From: Balanoglossus misakiensis
Taxonomy: Eukaryota; Animalia; Hemichordata
Direction of reading: 5' to 3'
DNA: 64,000 bases
Assembly: GCA_040954595.2 (NCBI GenBank)
Contig: CM082577.2
Coordinates: forward strand, 8,333,846-8,397,845
A model generated the notes under the pieces. The model searched no databases. It saw only the letters and a list, made by a program, of their open reading frames with translations, and was not told where the DNA came from. Positions 60,181-64,000 of this stretch are shown in pieces. How positions within the stretch are numbered: the first letter of the stretch is position 1; every line of letters starts with the position of its first letter. The position numbers were made by a program, and so were the translations under genes.

Positions 60181-63100
60181 TGTTAGACCACAAACAGCAA
60201 ATCACAATTTTTGCTGCTCACACTAAATAATCCTTCCTCACTGCAGTATTTTTTTCAGTTGTGGGAAAGCGAAACTGAAACCACAGACCAGAAACTCAAT
60301 TGTTTATTGAAATGAGTTATTTTATGTTAATGTATGTTATCTGGAGAGTGGGAAGTTCATGTTGTTGATATACTGGACGTCGATGGCGGTGAAAATGTCA
60401 AAAAGTCACTTTCTCTTCCGCAACTATTATTGTTACCCTTGGGCTTTTCAATTAAACTGAGAACGCAATAAAGAGGGGTTGATAGAAACAAGGCATTTTT
60501 TGTGAAAACAATTGCTTTCTTATAGAATCGTTGGTCACTTTTTTTGCAGTTGTATCCTGTATTTTCCATCGCAGTCAACTTCTCAGAATGTCTAAGGAAA
60601 ACAACAGTCTTTATAACGTCTGGCAGACTGCAACTTCGAATAGCCCGTCCAACCACTGGAGGACTCCCGTCAAACCAACACAGTGCAGCGCAGACAATGG
60701 ACGAAAATGGACTGTTTCGGGGCAAATTGACTTCTTGTACTCCCACTATTTGATATTGTTTCGCAAACACACAGGCCGACAAATGCCTTCAGTGTAAACT
60801 TCTCTTTCAAATGAGCGTTGAGAAAATACAACGACCAGGCGGCCATTTGTGATGATCGTGGTACAAGCTTGATTAAACAGTTTGAAAAGTGCTTTCGTCA
60901 TGCATTCCAGAGTAATTGGTGGACAGACACTCTGGGCATACTGATGACTTCTTTAAACACTCCACATTTACACACGAGTCTGGACAAACCCAGCGTTTTC
61001 AAACAGCCATGCTCTCATCACACGCATTCTGTTCCATAATTTATAAGACCCCTTTTTTTCTGTTTTACTTGTATTGTGCCTGTGGTACCTGCGTGCTGCA
61101 TATTCCAGCTCTTGGACAATTGTACTGAATGCTCGAAATCAAACGTGATTTTCTGGAATCTCCAGTCAATTTGAGGAAATGTAGACATTTCTTTGCATAT
61201 TAATCCCAAATCTTTCCAGGAAACATGACCAATTTTCTCCCATCTATGGGAACTTTGAGCATCAGTGGCAATCTATCTGCGAGGATGAAGTGAAGTCTAC
61301 AATGAGATTCTATGGACACACAATCCATCAGTCTATTAAATAACACAAACAAAACAAGGATGACAAAAATCACTGATCACCACCAGCAACAGAGGTGGTC
61401 TCCATGCCGTAACTGGACACGTAACAATTATCTTCAATCAGCCATCTCAGTAACTGTTGTTTTCTTGTCTAACCCTTTTTTCTGAAGCCATTAGTTTGCA
61501 TAATGACGGCTGATTATCATAAATCCGGTACCTGGACTCGTCCAGCTTGAGGCTATATGTGTATGCAATCCCATCCATGCTTTACAAAAAAAAAATAACA
61601 CAGGCACTGTGTATCTTTTGATGTAATGAAGCAGCCATATTAATCACACTGCCTGACACTTTTTTTGCACTCATTGTCGGTGCCTTTTCTTTTCGGAGTT
61701 GTATGCCCAGAAGAAATGCCATGTCGGCGGACAAGGACAAAAGCCTCCGTCCGTCGATTCTTTCAGAAACTTCGGAGTTGGGCTCTGCAGTTTTTAAAAA
61801 CAACAATTACAGAGACGAAAATATGGCAATTAGCGTTTGATTTTCTATGCATGCACTGTGCATGAACAGAGCCACCCAGTTCCCACCCACTTTCATTTCG
61901 CAGCAGACGATCGAAGCTCCGACTCAGAGCAAAACACCTGTGTCTGCGCAAACCCCCAACCACTGAATACAATGACGCTCGGAACCTTCAGGCGAAACTC
62001 AGACAGAATTCAATGAGCACAGTGAAAGTACTGGTCTAGTGGTTCACCAAGACGAGCCACTCAAAAGGGGGATAGCCTCAGGGAGTCCGGGGGGTTATGG
62101 CTCTTCAAACTCGGGTGCACTCCACAATCTTCCGATCGAGTGGGTTCTCAATAAAGAGATTTACAAAGCTTGTCTTTAGAAACTCTCCTGAACTTGCGCA
62201 ATGAGCTCTGAAAAAAATCCTGACATGTAATCGTGTGAATGAAAGCAAAAGAGTGGGTCTTGGGTCTTTCTGCAATATTTGCGTTCCCAAAGACATGGAG
62301 AAATTAGTTCCTAGCATGATATGCTATCTTCCCAACATCTCCCAATTGCAATGAAATGACTTTTGTGCAATACAGACCAAAAGCTCCAAACAAACAGTTT
62401 ATCGTCCAAAAATATCTTCCCAAAGTTCCTACTGTGTGAAAAATATTCCTTGGAAAAAGAGATCTTCTCTGAAAATAGCTCACGGGATCTTATTTATGTG
62501 TATTCTATGGAAGTGAATGCCTAAGAATTTTCATTTGGTATTACTTTGCTTTGCACCTTCTGGTAAACTTTTAGGATTCAGATGTCTTCTCAATCTTGGC
62601 GTACATAGCCTTTTCGGCACTTCTTACAGCTTCTGTAATTTCATGGCTAATCATCGAAGAAGAAAATATCAGATAGCTCTCATTTGTCGTAATTGAAGAA
62701 AAAAACGGTCATGGTAGGCTGGTTTGTTTTTTTGTAACTTGCGAGGTGCAGACAGAAACGACTAAACGGCCATAATGAGAATGTCACAAGCACATCAGTC
62801 AGAGGCACATGTGCACCTCTTGTGGTCTATGGACTATCCCTTTGAGAGACAGTTCATTATTGTCAAGGCATTTAATTGGGCAACAGGTGTTTTTTATACG
62901 GTGTCATTAATGAAGCCATTTCCATGGCAATGGGGGAACCAGGGTTCTTTCAAACATCCTCATTTGACCGGTCACTCGCTGTCGTCTGCCCTTTCTGACA
63001 ATGCAGGTGCACTGGGCCGCATTCTTTGAATTGTTCGAAAGGAATGAATGGAGAATGTGCCCCTGGTTTGAACCTGACAGGTAGGTTTGTCGCTTTTGGC

Positions 63101-64000
63101 TCTGGGGCGACCTACGGGCAAAGGACAAATCACGCAAAAAAAACAGCCACGATTTGTGATGTAGATGCTTCTCTGCAAAGATCATTGCAATTAATAATAA
63201 GATGAATTGAAGCTTGATCATTTTACTGCCTGGACACCGAAAGTTGACTAGCGCCATGACATCACAAAATGGTCATCTACATGTGTATGTATGTACGCAT
63301 TGAATGTCCTGTGTTCACCACAACACAATTCCCTCGGGGCTACAAAAAAAAAACCTCTGCAGGGATAGTCTGTCGTGAATATACGATAGACAGATAACTA
63401 AGCAGTTGAATGACAGAGAAGTCAGCCAGGGCACATGCTGATCACAATTCCCTTGTGGTGCCCAGGGCTGCATTGATTCGCCCAATCAATTTATAGCTCT
63501 GACAGTACCCCTTCTAAATTCCAGCTGATACTATCTGGAAAAAAAGTTTCAGCCATCTTTCTTTCATAATCTCTACTCTATACTTTACCTTCTATATTGG
63601 CTAGAAAATTGAACCACTTCTGTTAGTTTAACTTTGACATATTTTTCATCAAGGTTGAACTAACTCTAAGCAAGATCAGTGCCACTTTTCGTCCTTCAAA
63701 TTGTCTACACTTAGTCATCTGGACACAAAATTTAAATTAGGTAGTCCTGCTGATTCTTTTCTCTGAAATCAGTTTGTGAGATGTTCTTTTATTGGATTTT
63801 TGTCTTGTTGTAGATGCATGGCAGGGTGTTAAAAACAGATCGAATTGCAGATGGATGTCTTGTATGTCACAGATTTCAAAACCTGCCGAACAATCTTGCA
63901 TCAGAGCTGGGAAACAAATTCATTAACCAATCGGAATTGTGACAAAAACTCTCCATTTTCACAGATGAGGCGAGCAGAGACAATGAAACGCTGGATTAGT

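Noticed and set aside
60357-63257. Short ORFs as candidates for the next upstream FLCN exon or a nested gene
   Set aside because: None resembles the expected FLCN segment (LLEGAPTED-like) or any domain; that exon probably lies beyond 64000.

Overview
Eukaryotic genomic DNA: AT-rich, GT-AG introns and patchy CpG depletion, consistent with an invertebrate bilaterian (species not determinable from sequence). Exons were joined by hand in phase. Left to right: glyoxalase II HAGH (+, 8 exons), a truncated frameshifted sulfotransferase-like pseudogene (-), an intronless WSCD1/2-like WSC-sulfotransferase (-), EMRE/SMDT1 (+, 2 exons), G-alpha 12/13 (-, 3 exons), an intronless prokaryote-like uronate dehydrogenase/Azf-type SDR with an added N-terminal hydrophobic anchor (+), a 5-exon 542-aa UPA-like + two death domain protein (-), a putative spliced non-coding transcript (+, about 32.2-37.1 kb), and the last five coding exons of folliculin FLCN (-, continuing beyond the window). 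MITE-like elements and short tandem duplications are also present. The best leads are the PIDD-CC-like death-domain gene, the candidate horizontally acquired SDR and the divergent non-coding unit. Homology calls rest on motif recognition, not database searches.
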